DNA of 41,346 nucleotides. Origin: Callorhinchus milii. Taxonomy: Eukaryota. Under the pieces are notes generated by a model. The model worked only from the letters and a program-made list of their open reading frames with translations, was not told the DNA's origin and ran no database searches. Below are positions 21,898 to 33,640 of the stretch, piece after piece. The stretch covers positions 1-41,346 of the forward strand of contig NW_024705477.1 in NCBI RefSeq assembly GCF_018977255.1, written 5' to 3'. Made by a program: the position numbers and the translations under genes. Each line of letters begins with the position of its first letter. The first letter of the stretch is position 1.

Positions 21898-22252
21898 GTA
21901 AGTCATGATAACGTCTTATTTCTGTTTAATCTATGATTTTCTGAGCTTTGCTCATTCATCCCTATTTCTCGATGCATGCACAAATGTTCCCACAATGTCT
22001 TCTCTTCAGTGTAATACGATTCAACGGGTAACATCACAACTTTTAGTCATTCATTTTATGTGATTAACTCGTCAGTAAATTTCTGACCCCAGTTTGAACG
22101 AGATGATCCCATACACGAGCGGTATCCATTATGTGTGGATAATTAATATGATCCCGAATCTGATCAATACATCATAAACTGAATGAATTCATGGCGGTGA
22201 ACAGTGAGGAGGACGGCAACAGACTCCAGAAAGATACAGACGGCAGGCAGAA

Positions 22253-22530
22253 ATAATCCTCGCATTTCAATTGGCAATTGATCACATCGCTTCACAAAAC
22301 ATCATTTAATTTGAATTGACTGCTTATTTTTGGGCGAAATACAGCAGCTAATTGCTCTCAGCAATGCCCCACAAACAGACTTGGTCCACGTAGTATTTTT
22401 TTGGTTTCGAATCGATTATTAGTACCAGAAAAACCTATCACCGGTCCACTAACAGCAGTTTCTACTTACTGCTCGGCAAACAGCCACGTGGAGTTAGAAA
22501 ACTTGCTTCGTGTATCACCCCACCTGGGAC
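22253..22530 (-). mobile_element. Decayed Deu-SINE copy in the GPCR intron
   Basis: aataatcctcgcattt...aattgactg...gggcgaaa...cagcaatgccccacaaacag matches the young SINE reverse complement. Confidence 0.6.
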
Positions 22531-22666
22531 TCGAATCTGCTCAGCCTCAACTATGTGAGATTGAGAGCACAGAAACATCCCTTAGTCCCATCTACACCTC
22601 TCTCTTCAGCGCAAATGTATACCTGGTTTGTCAACCGCTGCCTCTTGTACAGTTCAATGCCATTTA

Positions 22667-23351
22667 AACAACAACAACAACAACAAGATTCCATTTATAG
22701 AGCGCCTTTCACGTCAGGAGGACGTCCCAAGGCGCTGCACAGTTGGGTCATGACCCGAGCATTGGGGGGGAAATGGTCAGGGTGAGGGGAGGGAAGGGAG
22801 GAGAGAGGAGGGGGAAATGGTCAGGGTGAGGGGAGGGAAGGGAGGGAGGGAGAGAGGAGGGGGGAAATGGTCAGGGTGAGGGGAGGGAAGGGAGGGAGAG
22901 AGGAGGGGGGAAATGGTCAGGGTGAGGGGAGGGAAGGGAGGGAGGGAGAGAGGAGGGGGAAATGGTCAGGGTGAGGGGAGGGAAGGGAGGGAGTGAGGAG
23001 GGGGGAAATGGTCAGGGTGAGGGGAGGGAAGGGAGGGAGCGAGGAGGGGGAAGAGAGTCGAGAGTGGAGCTGAAGGCTGAAGGTCAAAGAGAAAGGTCTT
23101 GAGACCGGCCTTGAAGGAGGAAAGGGAGGAAGCGGCGAAGGCACTGGGGATGGAGTTCCAGAGCCTCGGGGCTGAGAGGCTGAAGGCCCGACCACCGATG
23201 GTCGGGCGGTTGGGGCGGGGGACGTGGAGCAGACCGGAGCCGGAGGAACGGAGGGTACGGGCAGGTAGGTAGGGGGATAGTAGGTTGGAGAGGTAGGAGG
23301 GAGCGAGGCCGTGAATGGCCTTGTAGGTGAGGATGAGGATCTTGAAATCAA
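22667..23351 (-). mobile_element. Young 5'-truncated L2 LINE (6-unit minisatellite)
   Basis: Minus ORF DFKILILTYKAIHGLAPSYLSNLL...APRLWNSIP...FKAGLKTFLF. (CAA)n tail and stem-loop on the plus strand. Confidence 0.93.
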
Positions 23352-23537
23352 GAGGAGGATAGTGAGAAACCATCAACATTGCTCATAAATACAACAATGG
23401 AGGAGAGTGTATTCAGGTCCCTACAGCTCTGAGTCGAAAGAAAACATCCGGGACTGGTCAATCTTGGAGACTCTGGGACTAAGTTCCAGAGAGTAAGGAA
23501 AGAGGCTTAAATCACGATCATCACGTGATCATCACGT

Positions 23538-23844
23538 GGAGTCCTGTAGCTCAGTGGTTAGAGCACTCGCTTTGCAAGTGAGAGACCTGAGTTCAATTCC
23601 AGGCAGAGGGCGAAACCTCGGGCGAGTTTCCTTACTCCACACAGAGCCTAATAATAATCCTCCAAAACCAAAAACAATAATAAATTGGTCATTTTCAATC
23701 CACGACTGTTTGTGGGACATTGCTGTGCGCAATTGGCTGCCGCGTTCGCCCACAAATATACAGTCAATTCACTTTACAGTGTATTCTGTGAAGCGCTTTG
23801 GGACGTCCTCTCCCGACGTGAAAAGCGCTATATCAAATGCAAGG

Positions 23845-23876
<32 letters not shown>
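23538..23876 (+). mobile_element. Young tRNA-Ala-derived Deu-domain SINE
   Basis: Full head, Deu motif and long (att)n tail. Confidence 0.92.
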
Positions 23877-24965
23877 CAATTGTTAGGCAGTGAGGAGTGT
23901 AGGAGATGCTGCAGATTGGAGCCCAGTGTGAGCCCGGTGCGGTTGGTATAGTAAGGGTTTGGAAAGCTTGCCCATGGTAGGATTGGAAGTGTAGGCCAGG
24001 GATGGTAAACTGGACCCGCCGGGGAACGGGGAGCCAGACGAGCCCGGTTATCCTGGGAGCATGCCGAAGAGGTCCAGGTATTCTGCAGTGAAGGGAAGAG
24101 TCGGGCAGTCCATCAAACTGTGAAATCAGGCCTTGATGTGATGAAACATGGAGTGCCTTGGCAGCCTTCCTCGCCCCTTTCCATCTCTTTAACTTCCAAG
24201 CTGCCTTCCTCTCTGAGATGCTGAATCAATTGGCCTCCCCACCTGCGGTCTTTCCTCTCTAAAAACTCGTCGTAAACATTTATCTCCGGTCAATCTGTCT
24301 GTTTGCCCTTTCACAGCACAAATCACTGACATAGTCAACGTCATTAATGACATTATTTCCTTTCCCTGCCTTTTTTTTTTAATTCCTTGATTCCACCTCT
24401 GTCCTTCGATTTAATTCACCAGCCCAATCGATTGCATTCCCTCTCTGGTCACCTCAGGTACGGAGGCGCCATTGCTGAACGTCCTTGTAAGACAAGTGAG
24501 AGGATCTTGAAACCGATCCTTTTTTTTGATAGACAACCAGCGTAGCCTATCAAGGACAGGTGGAATGGGAGTATGGCATTGATTTATTAAAGTACTTCAA
24601 CGAATTATTGAATCGATCAATTATTTTTATTTGGCAATCCAAAAGCTTTTGAAACAATCTTGGATATTTAGCAAACTAAACAAACATTTTACGTGACATT
24701 TTACATTTTACATTTTAAATGACATGCCAACTAGGTTTCCCCATCAGTTGTTTGATTGGCGGATTGAATTTCCGAGGGGAATAATCCCTTTAAAAAAGTT
24801 TCATTCAACCCACGACTGTATTTCGGTCACTTCTGTGACGCATTTACCCACAGTCCACAGAAGTCAATTAAACATACAGTATATTCTGCGAAGCATTTTA
24901 AGACGTCGCTCAAAGCAATACGGTACTGCATGATTTGGAAAGATTGTTATAATAATAATTATAAC

Positions 24966-25187
24966 GCCTAATAATAATCCCTCCAAAAACAATAATAAAT
25001 TGGTCATTTTCAATCTACGACTGTTTGTGGGACATTGCTGTGCGCAATTGGCTGCCGCGTTCGCCCACAAATATACAGTCAACTCACTTTACAGTGTGTT
25101 CTGTGAAGCGCTTTGGGACGTCCTCCCGACGTGAAAAGCGCTATATCAAATGCCAGGAGTATTATTATTATTATAAGTATTATTATT
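24966..25187 (+). mobile_element. 5'-truncated young Deu-SINE, preceded by an older decayed copy (~24775-24960)
   Basis: Starts at gcctaataataatccctcc, lacks the tRNA head, and ends in (att)n about 90 nt before the GPCR exon 2 acceptor. Confidence 0.85.
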
Positions 25188-25274
25188 GAACTCCATTCGA
25201 GGCATTGATTATGGGAACTGTGGCATTAATTTCGTAACCCGAAACTGCGGTTGTTTATGATTTATTTCTTGCAG

Positions 25275-26176
25275 TTAACTTGGTGACGATTGTGATCCTG
25301 TCCCGAGGAAAGTGCGGTCTCTCCACATGTATCACTCGCTACCTGGTGGCCATGGCAGTGGCAGACCTGCTGGTGGTGATCACTGATGTGATGTGGAAGC
25401 GCATTTCAGTCACCTTTACGTGGCATTTTATTTTCCTGAACCTGACTCCTATCTGTTGCATCCGTGAGGTGCTGTTTCACGCCACCACCACCTGTTCTGT
25501 TTGGCTCACAATCGCTTTCACCTTTGATCGCTTTGCAGCAATTTGTCGTCAGAAACTGAAAACCAAATACTGCACCGAGAAAACAGCGACGGTGGTCATT
25601 GTGTCGGTCTGTGCGTTCAGCTGTGTGATCAACATCCCCCGGTACCTCGAGATTGAACCGCTCTTTATAATTAACAACAAGCCCTGGTTTTGTGTCGTTA
25701 AACCAAGTTTTTATTATTCATGGATATGGACCGCTTTTCAGTTGCTTCAATGCATTTTAACGCCGTTTATCCCATTTGTTCTCATTTTGCTGCTCAATGT
25801 TCTGACCATAAGATATATCTTAGTGACCAATGCTGCACGGAGAAGGCTCCGAGGCCACAGCAATGGGGAACATCAGAACGACGCAGAGATGCAGAATCGG
25901 AGAAGATCCATCATTTTGCTGTTTACAGTAACGGGGAGTTTCATTTGCTTATGGGTGACGTATGTGATAACTTATATTCAATACCAAGTTGAATTTATGG
26001 CTCTAAATTTAACGAGTGATGCAGGTATTGTGCTACGAGTCGGCAATATGCTTCGACTTTTCAGCTGCTCCACAAACACATGTATTTATGCTTTGACACA
26101 ATCCAAATTCAGAAAGCAGCTGAAGAATATGATGAATTACCCATTGTATCAAATATTGATTCTGATCAGATCATAA
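25275..26176 (+). CDS. GPR139/GPR142-like orphan class A GPCR, coding exon 2 (spliced protein 327 aa)
   Basis: tttcttgcag|TTAAC acceptor and an open frame to TAA. TM2 YLVAMAVADLL, TM3 CSVWLTIAFTFDRFAAIC, TM5 PFIPFVLILLLN, TM6 SFICLW, TM7 SCSTNTCIY, helix 8 SKFRKQL. Confidence 0.92.
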
Positions 26177-26584
26177 GAATTTGCTGACGAGAGAGGTCCA
26201 CGATCCATTTAGTTCGCCTTCTCCGCACAATTGTTCGGAAATCGCCCCCTTCAGCTTTTAATTTTATTAAATGTTAAAGGATCCGGAAATTCTCTCAAAC
26301 AAACACCGTAGACGGGTTGCTCTACGGCTTCTCCGGTGACTGGTCAGAAAGGTTGGCACATCGGTAGAAACTGTAGTGGCAGAACAGTATCTGAAACCAT
26401 TGCTATTAACCCTGCAATCCCAATCCCCAAATCCACGGCGGCAGTCCCCGAAAAGCACCGGGACATCTCGCCAGACAGAGTTCTCAATAGCTCCCTTGCC
26501 GGTTTAATTTTTTAGTATGTCGCTGCCATATTCTTTAGTTATTTCGCAGACACTAAGTTGACCAATAGTAATAGAAAACTATGA

Positions 26585-26836
26585 CAATAATCCTTGCATT
26601 TGATACCGCTCTTCACCAAACATGCTGTAACGTAAGTTGTCCGCTTCAGGGCGAAACAAGACAGGCAATTGCGCACAACAGTGTCCCATTGAAAATGACC
26701 AATTTATCATTGTTTTCTTGTGGAAGAATGGCTGTCAGGCTCGTGGAGTAAGGAAGCGTGTTTAAACCTGCCTGGAATTGAACCCGGGTGTGTGGCTCGC
26801 AAGGCGAGCGCTCTGACCACTGAGCTCCAGGAGTCC
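26585..26836 (-). mobile_element. Older Deu-SINE copy
   Basis: aatccttgcatttgata...caattgcgcac...gaaaatgaccaatt...ggagtaaggaa...ctctgaccactgagct. Confidence 0.75.
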
Positions 26837-26839
26837 TGT

Positions 26840-27126
26840 GGTACCCGTCTGCTCAGTGGTGAGACCACTCACCTCACAAAAGAGAAACCCGTGTTCGAGT
26901 CACGGCGTGGCGAAACCTTGGGCACGTTTCCTTACCCCACAAACACGCCCGACAATAACCGGTGAAGGAAATAAATCACGAGTTGTTCACTTCGACCCAC
27001 GGTTATTTGGGTGATACCGCCGGGAGCAGTTGGCAGCCGCGTTTCGCCCACAAATACAGAGTCAATTCACTTGAGAGTTTTTTTTTTTTCTGTGAAGCGC
27101 TTGGAGGTATCTGGAAGACGTGATAG
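26840..27126 (+). mobile_element. Older Deu-SINE copy, head-to-head with the previous one
   Basis: gctcagtggtgagaccactc...gttcgagtc...cgaaaccttgggc...ttggcagccgcgtttcgcccacaaat...ctgtgaagcgc. Confidence 0.7.
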
Positions 27127-27903
27127 CAACAACAACAACAAGATTCCATTTATAAAGCGCCTTTCACGTCGGGAGGACGTCCCGAGGCGCTGCACAGTTG
27201 GGTCATGAGCCGAGCATTGGGGAGGAAATGGTCAGGGTGAGGGGAGGGAGGGAGGGAGCGAGGAGGGGGGAAATGGTCAGGGTGAGGGGAGGGAAGGGAG
27301 GGAGGGAGCGAGGAGGGGGGAAATGGTCAGGGTGAGGGGAGGGGAGGGAGGGAGCGAGGAGGGGGGAGATGGTGAGGGGAGGGAAGGGAGGGAGCGAGGA
27401 GGGGGGAAATGGTCAGGGTGAGAGGAGGGGAGGGACGGAGCGAGGAGGGGGGAAATGGTCAGGGTGAGGGGAGGGAAGGGAGGGAGCGAGGAGGGGGGAA
27501 ATGGTCAGGGTGAGGGAGGGAGGGAGGGAGCGAGGAGGGGGGAAATGGTCAGGGTGAGGTGAGGGAGGGGAGGGAGCGAGGAGGGGGAAATGGTCAGGGT
27601 GAGGGGAGGGAAGGGAGGGAGCGAGGAGGGGGGAAATGGTCAGGGTGAGGGGAGGGAAGGGAGGGAGAGAGGAGGGGGGAAATGGTCAGGGTGAGGGGAG
27701 GGAAGGGAGGGAGCGAGGAGGGGGGAAATGGTCAGGGTGAGGGGAGGGAAGGAGGGAGCGAGGAGGGGGGAAATGGTCAGGGTGAGGGGAGGGAAGGGAG
27801 GGAGCGAGGAGGGGGGAAATGGTCAGGGTGAGGGGAGGGAAGGGAGGGAGCGAGGAGGGGGAAGAGAGTCCAGAGGGGAGCTGAAGGCACGGTCAAAGAG
27901 AAA
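27127..27903 (-). mobile_element. Young L2 3' end with ~14-unit minisatellite
   Basis: (caa)n gattccatttataaagcgcctttcacgtc tail, ggtcagggtgagggg units, ending at gaaggcacggtcaaagagaaa. Confidence 0.9.
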
Positions 27904-28368
27904 ATGGGCTATATCAAATGCAAGGATTATTATTTATATCACAAATGGTTTTCCTGAAAAAAATAAGCCTTTTTAGCGAAAGATGAGGCAACAGTGCAGT
28001 TTAGTAATCATAGTAAAAAGGGATCACATCGGAGGGGATCTTCAAGAGCTTCACTGGAACTGATATGCAGTGTTGGCTCAGGAGCCGACTGGAGATGGCC
28101 ACAAAGGACTGGCGCTTTATGGACATTTCTTTGCCAAACGCATCACCTTGGAGCCTATTCATCTCCAACGTCACCCCTCTGACCTCAGCTCAAGCGCGAT
28201 ACACACTGGAAGGCCATTTGGGAATCTGAAAAGCGCGGGTTTCAGGCTCACCTGTTGGACGTTAGGTACACGGGAATTCTTACACGATTCCTGGCGGGAA
28301 ATACATCTCCGCTTCAAATCTGTGGTACACAATGTGTACCTATTTAAACTGCACAGGCCCTTATCTCT

Positions 28369-28660
28369 TCATTAAATGTCTGTTTGTTTCATGTGCCATT
28401 CATTGGATATAACTTACATAAAGTGAACTATTCATTAAAGGTCGGTTTGTTCAATGAGCTCTTCAATACCAACAACTTACATCGAATTAAACTGCTCACT
28501 GAAGGTCCCTTGTTTAATGTGCCGTTCACTAAATACCATTGACATGAAATTAAACTTCATTTAAGATCGCTTTGTCTAATGTGCCATTCAATACCTATCA
28601 ATTCATATCAAAACAATTGCTCATCAAAGGTCTCTTTGTACAAAGTGCAGTTGATTGCAA
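28369..28660. repeat. Degenerate ~63-nt tandem repeat, about 4.5 copies
   Basis: Units start at 28369, 28432, 28496, 28557 and 28621, with consensus TCATTAAAGGTC..TTTGTT.AATGTGCCATTCA. Confidence 0.7.
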
Positions 28661-28677
28661 CAAAAGCGACAAAACCC

Positions 28678-28792
28678 CCCACAAATATACAGTCAATTCA
28701 CTTTGCAGTGTGTTCTGTGAAGCGCTTTGGGACGTCCTCCCGACGTGAAAAGCGCTATATCAAATGCGAGGATTATTATTATTATTATTATT
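28678..28792 (+). mobile_element. Young Deu-SINE 3' fragment
   Basis: cccacaaatatacagtcaattcac...gcgctttgggacgtcctcccgacgtgaaaagcgc...(att)n. Confidence 0.85.
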
Positions 28793-28794
28793 AA

Positions 28795-29285
28795 AACAAC
28801 AAAATTACATTTACAGAGCGCCTTTCAGGTCGGGAGGACGTCCGAAAGCGCTGAAGAATCAGGACTCGGGGCGCGAGTGTGGTGGAGGGGCGTTGACTGG
28901 ATAATGGAAGGCAGAGAGGTAGGAGCGAGGCCAAAGCCACAGCCGAGACGAATGGCCTTGAGGCTGGACTTGAAGGAGGAAGCGAGGCCAAGGGACCGTG
29001 GGATGGAGTTCCAGAGTGAGGGGGCGAAGAGGTTGAAAGCCCGGCCACCGAGGGTCGGGCGGGAGACATGGAGCAGGACGGGGCCCGATGAGCGGGCAGC
29101 TTGGTCGGGAGTCAGCAGGTGAGGGGGGTAATAGGTGGTAAGACCAAGGACGGCCTTAAAGGAGAGGACCTGGCACTTCAACTTGATCCTCTGGGGGATT
29201 GGGGAGCCAGTGGAGTCGGGCGAAAGTGTGTGTGATGGGGTTTCGCGCCGAGACCGAGGGTTTCACAGATGGCCTTGAAGGAGAA
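28795..29285 (-). mobile_element. Older L2 3' end, tail-to-tail with the SINE fragment
   Basis: Minus frame ...PTLGGRAFNLFAPSLWNSIPRSLGLASSFKSSLK, plus an upstream RLHWLP motif. Confidence 0.8.
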
Positions 29286-29736
29286 AAATAGTCTCGATCT
29301 GTTTCTGATCGTTGGCACCGTTTGTAGGGGTAGAGCTGGACTATCCTCTTGGGTGGGGGGACGCGGAGCGTTGTGCGGTCTTGTGAAGTCGTAGCTGAAT
29401 TGGCTCCAAGGTGACACCTTTTGATTAAGTTTAAATCCATATTAACGTTCAGGTCAACGTCAACAGTGGAACAGTTTCAATTGAAACACAGAGTCAACGT
29501 CTCCGCGGTGACAAGATTCATGACAAACTATTCCAGGTTAAAAAAAAATTCTCTCCTTACTCCGAGCAAATTCGTTTTGCGATGTAAAGCTTCGCAGTTT
29601 TTAGAAAAGCCGCTGCAATACAATCTGTTGCTTCAATTTCCAAATCGTCTGCTTCATTCGCTGACAAATATTTATCTCAATGTTATTCAGGTATTTGCGT
29701 GACATTACGTTTTGATGCAAAAGTTAGAAAATTTCC

Positions 29737-32025
29737 CTGTCTCTGTGTCTGTCTCTGTCTCTGTGTCTGTCTCTGTGTCTCTCTCTGTCTCTGTGTCTGT
29801 CTCTGAGTCTCTCTCTGTCTCTCTGTCTGTCTCTGAGTCTCTCTGTCTATGTGTCTGTCTCTGTTTCTCTGTCTCTGTGTCTGTCTCTGTTTCTCTCTCT
29901 GTCTCTCTGTCTGTCTCTGTTTCTCTCTGTCTCTGTGTCTGTCTCTGTTTCTCTCTCTGTCTCTGTGTCTGTCTCTGTTTCTCTGTCTCTGTGTCTGTCT
30001 CTGTTTCTCTGTCTCTGTGTCTGTCTCTGTTTCTCTGTCTCTGTGTCTGTCTCTGAGTCTCTCTCTGTCTCTGTGTCTGTCTCTGAGTCTCTCCCTGTCT
30101 CTGTGTCTGTCTCTGCTTCTCTCTCTGTCTCTGTGTCTGTCTCTGAGTCTCTCCCTGTCTCTGTGTCTGTCTCTGAGTCTCTCCCTGTCTCTGTGTCTGT
30201 CTCTGCTTCTCTCTCTGTCTCTGTGTCTGTCTCTGTGTCTGTCTCTGTTTCTCTGTCTCTGTGTCTGTCTCTGTTTCCCTGTCTCTGTGTCTGTCTCTGA
30301 GTCTCTCTCTGTCTCTGTGTCTGTCTCTGTTTCTCTCTCTGTCTCTGTGTCTGTCTCTGTTTCTCTGTCTCTGTGTCTGTCTCTGTTTCCCTGTCTCTGT
30401 GTCTGTCTCTGAGTCTCTCCTGTCTCTGTGTCTGTCTTCTTTCTCTCTCTGTTTGTGTCTGTCTCTGTTTTCTGTCTCTGTGTCTGTCTCTGAGTCTCTC
30501 TCTGTCTCTCTGTCTGTCTCTGAGTCTCTCCCTGTCTCTGTGTCTGTCTCTGCTTCTCTCTCTGTCTCTGTGTCTGTCTCTGTTTCTCTGTCTCTGTGTC
30601 TGTCTCTGAGTCTCTCTCTGTCTCTGTGTCTGTCTCTGAGTCTCTCCCTGTCTCTGTGTCTGTCTCTGTTTCTCTCTCTGCCTCTGTGTCTGTCTCTGTT
30701 TCTCTCTCTGTCTCTGTGTCTGTCTCTGCTTCTCTCTCTGTCTCTGTGTCTGTCTCTGTTTCTCTGTCTCTGTGTCTGTCTCTGAGTCTCTCTCTGTCTC
30801 TCTGTCTGTCTCTGCTTCTCTCTCTGTCTCTGTGTCTGTCTCTGCTTCTCTCCCTGTCTCTGTGTCTGTCTCTGTTTCTCTCTCTGTCTCTGTGTCTGTC
30901 TCTGCTTCTCTGTCTCTGTGTCTGTCTCTGAGTCTCTCCCTGTCTCTGTGTCTGTCTCTGAGTCTTCCTGTCTGTGTCTGTCTCTTCTCTCTCTGTCTCT
31001 GTGTCTGTCTCTGAGTCTCTTCCTGTCTCTGTGTCTGTCTCTGCTTCTCTCTCTGTCTCTTTGTCTGTCTCTGAGTCTCTTCCTGTCTCTGTGTCTGTCT
31101 CTGCTTCTCTCTCTGTCTCTGTGTCTGTCTCTGCTTCTCTGTCTCTGTGTCTGTCTCTGAGTCTCTCCCTGTCTCTGTGTCTGTCTCTGAGTCTCTCCCT
31201 GTCTGTGTCTGTCTCTGCTTCTCTCTCTGTCTCTCTGTCTGTCTCTGTTTCTCTCTCTGTCTCTGTGTCTGTCTCTGCTTCTCTCCCTGTCTCTGTGTCT
31301 GTCTCTGTTTCTCTCCCTGTCTCTGTGTCTGTCTCTGCTTCTCTCTCTGTCTCTGTGTCTGTCTCTGCTTCTCTCTCTGTCTCTGTGTCTGTCTCTGTTT
31401 CTCTCCCTGTCTCTGTGTCTGTCTGTTTCTCTGTCTCTGTGTCTGTCTCTGAGTCTCTCCCTGTCTATGTGTCTGTCTCTGCTTCTCTCTCTGTCTCTGT
31501 GTCTGTCTCTGTTTCTCTGTCTCTGTGTCTGTCTCTGTTTCTCTGTCTCTGTGTCTGTCTCTGTTTCTCTCTCTGTCTCTGTGTCTGTCTCTGTGTCTGT
31601 CTCTGCTTCTCTCTCTGTCTCTGTGTCTGTCTCTGAGTCTCTCCCTGTGTCTGTCTCTGCTTCTCTCTCTGTCTCTGTGTCTGTCTCTGTTTCTCTGTCT
31701 CTGTGTCTGTCTCTGAGTCTCTCCCTGTCTCTGTGTCTGTCTCTGTTTCTCTCTCTGTCTCTGTGTCTGTCTCTGTTTCCCTGTCTCTGTGTCTGTCTCT
31801 GAGTCTCTCCCTGTCTCTGAGTCTGTCTCTGAGTCTCTCTCTGTCTCTGTGTCTGTCTCTGCTTCTCTCTCTGTCTCTGTGTCTGTCTCTGTTTCTCTCT
31901 CTGTCTCTGTGTCTGTCTCTGTTTCTCTCTCTGTCTCTGTGTCTGTCTCTGTTTCTCTGTCTCTGTGTCTGTCTCTGAGTCTCTCTCTGTCTCTGTGTCT
32001 CAGTGTCTCTCTGTCTCTGTGTCTG
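29737..32025. repeat. ~2.3-kb (TC/TG)-rich minisatellite, ~30-nt unit CTGTCTCTGTGTCTGTCTCTGTTTCTCTCT with 26-nt and GAG/GCT variants
   Basis: Directly visible periodicity. Produces the many [16 protein letters not shown] pseudo-ORFs. Confidence 0.95.
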
Positions 32026-32300
32026 ATTCCCCACATCCTCGGTGTTCAAAGTGCAACAGTGCAAAATATTCCCAATTCTGCCTTTATATTGTCTGATAGT
32101 ATAGCAGTTGGTTTTCTGGCAGTTTTCGAACCCAATGTCCTCTCAATGTGATTGAGCCAAATTCACAGCTTTTGTCCACTTCTCGGTATTCAATAGGGTG
32201 AGAGTTGGATACTGCGAAGGGGTGTGGGGCGGCGGAGATGGGAGGGGAGAGAAAGGCAGGGACATGGAATAAAATATCTGATTCATGAGCAATCTGTGTG

Positions 32301-32596
32301 ATAATAATGATAATAATAATCATTGCATTTGATATAGCGCTTTTCACGTCTTCGGGATGTGAATATATATTCACCGAATATCTGTGGGCAAAGCGCGGCG
32401 GCCGAGTGCGCACAGCAGTGTCCCACAAACAGTCGTGGATTGAAAATGACCAATTTATTCTTGTTTTGTTTTGGAGGGATTATTATTAGACGTGTGGAGT
32501 AGGGAAACTCGCGCAGGATTTTGTCCTGAGGGGAATTGATCCCAAGTGTCTCTCGCTTTCAAGGTGATTGCTCCAACCACTGAGCTACAGGACTCC
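32301..32596 (-). mobile_element. Deu-SINE copy, moderately diverged
   Basis: ataataat...ttgcatttgatatagcgc...gtgtcccacaaacagtcgtgg...accactgagctacaggactcc. Confidence 0.85.
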
Positions 32597-32918
32597 CAAG
32601 ATCTGAAGGATATCCTTTAACCGCGGTCCCGAATCCCTGATATCCTTAAACCCAAGTCTCATTTTGCAAACCAGGGTTTATTTTTACACCCCGATAGCCC
32701 TCCCCAAGGAGCACAGTCACCACATTGTCGTTCTGCATCCGAGAAGCTCGGGTTTGACCCTCACTCGGTGGACGTTCGGTACAAGGAATTCCCTGCGATC
32801 TTCCAGGTGGGCAACACATCTCAGCGCTAAATGTATCAGACGCCATTTGCACCTATTGAAGCCGCCCATTACAGGCTCTGAGCTGTTTAGTCCCCCCTCC
32901 CTCCACCCTCCACCACAG

Positions 32919-33039
32919 ATAGATCTCCCCCTCCCCGCCGCCGAGGGGATTAATGTGGAGGACTGTCAGTCAGGACCCGGGAGAGAGAAACTCACTTCCC
33001 TTTTCCACTCATGTCACGAGATATTCCAATCCCTCACAG
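32919..33039 (+). CDS. Candidate orphan exon A of an unidentified gene
   Basis: C-rich tract + cacag| acceptor, ACAG|gtatga donor. 121 nt, open: IDLPLPAAEGINVEDCQSGPGREKLTSLFHSCHEIFQSLT. No homology recognised. Confidence 0.35.
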
Positions 33040-33129
33040 GTATGAGCTGAGCCTTCCAGCCCAGGAGGAGAGGGTTCAGGTGACTGTTGGCCAACTCCTG
33101 GGCCCTTTCTTTCATGTGGCGTTCAATAC

Positions 33130-33435
33130 CTATTATTTCATCAGATTAAACCTCACCCCGACCTCCTCACTCCCCAATCCACCACTCGGTGCCTCCTCTC
33201 GTCTGGCACCGGCCTCCAGCTTGTCCCCCACCGCCATCCGCTCCACTATTTGCGGTCGCGCATTCAGCCACTGACCCCCCAAAATCAGGAACTCTCTCCC
33301 TGAAGCTTCGCCCATTGACCCCTTTCCCCTTTTTCAAGTCCCGCTTGAAGACCGTCCTTTTCGGACGTGTCACCTTCCACCCTCCCCGGCCTCGTTCAAC
33401 CTCCACCACGGTTAAGCGCTCCGAGACGCTTCACT
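33130..33435 (+). mobile_element. Older L2 3' end
   Basis: ...RSTICGRAFSH...FFKSRLKTVLF and ttaagcgctccgagacg terminal remnant. Confidence 0.65.
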
Positions 33436-33640
33436 GCATGGATGAGGCTGTTGTTGAACAGATGCAACCACCACACACCGGCAATGTCACATGAACTTGC
33501 ACAGCAGTGGCTTAAGTACAACAGAACGGACATAATATACACTTCAGCTCCTGATACAAATATTTTACAATATAGAATTCCAGGGTTCCTTTAATTAATT
33601 TTAATTAATTTATTTTTGCTGTGCACATTATCCTCTGCAG

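Noticed and set aside
27220..27860. CRISPR-like regularly spaced repeats
   Set aside because: The units are contiguous with no unique spacers, there are no cas genes, and the context is vertebrate. This is the L2 minisatellite.
29847..32036. 729-aa RDRHRD/ETDTET/QRQTQ ORF
   Set aside because: Translation of a simple-sequence array that switches among three repeat frames. No coding evidence.
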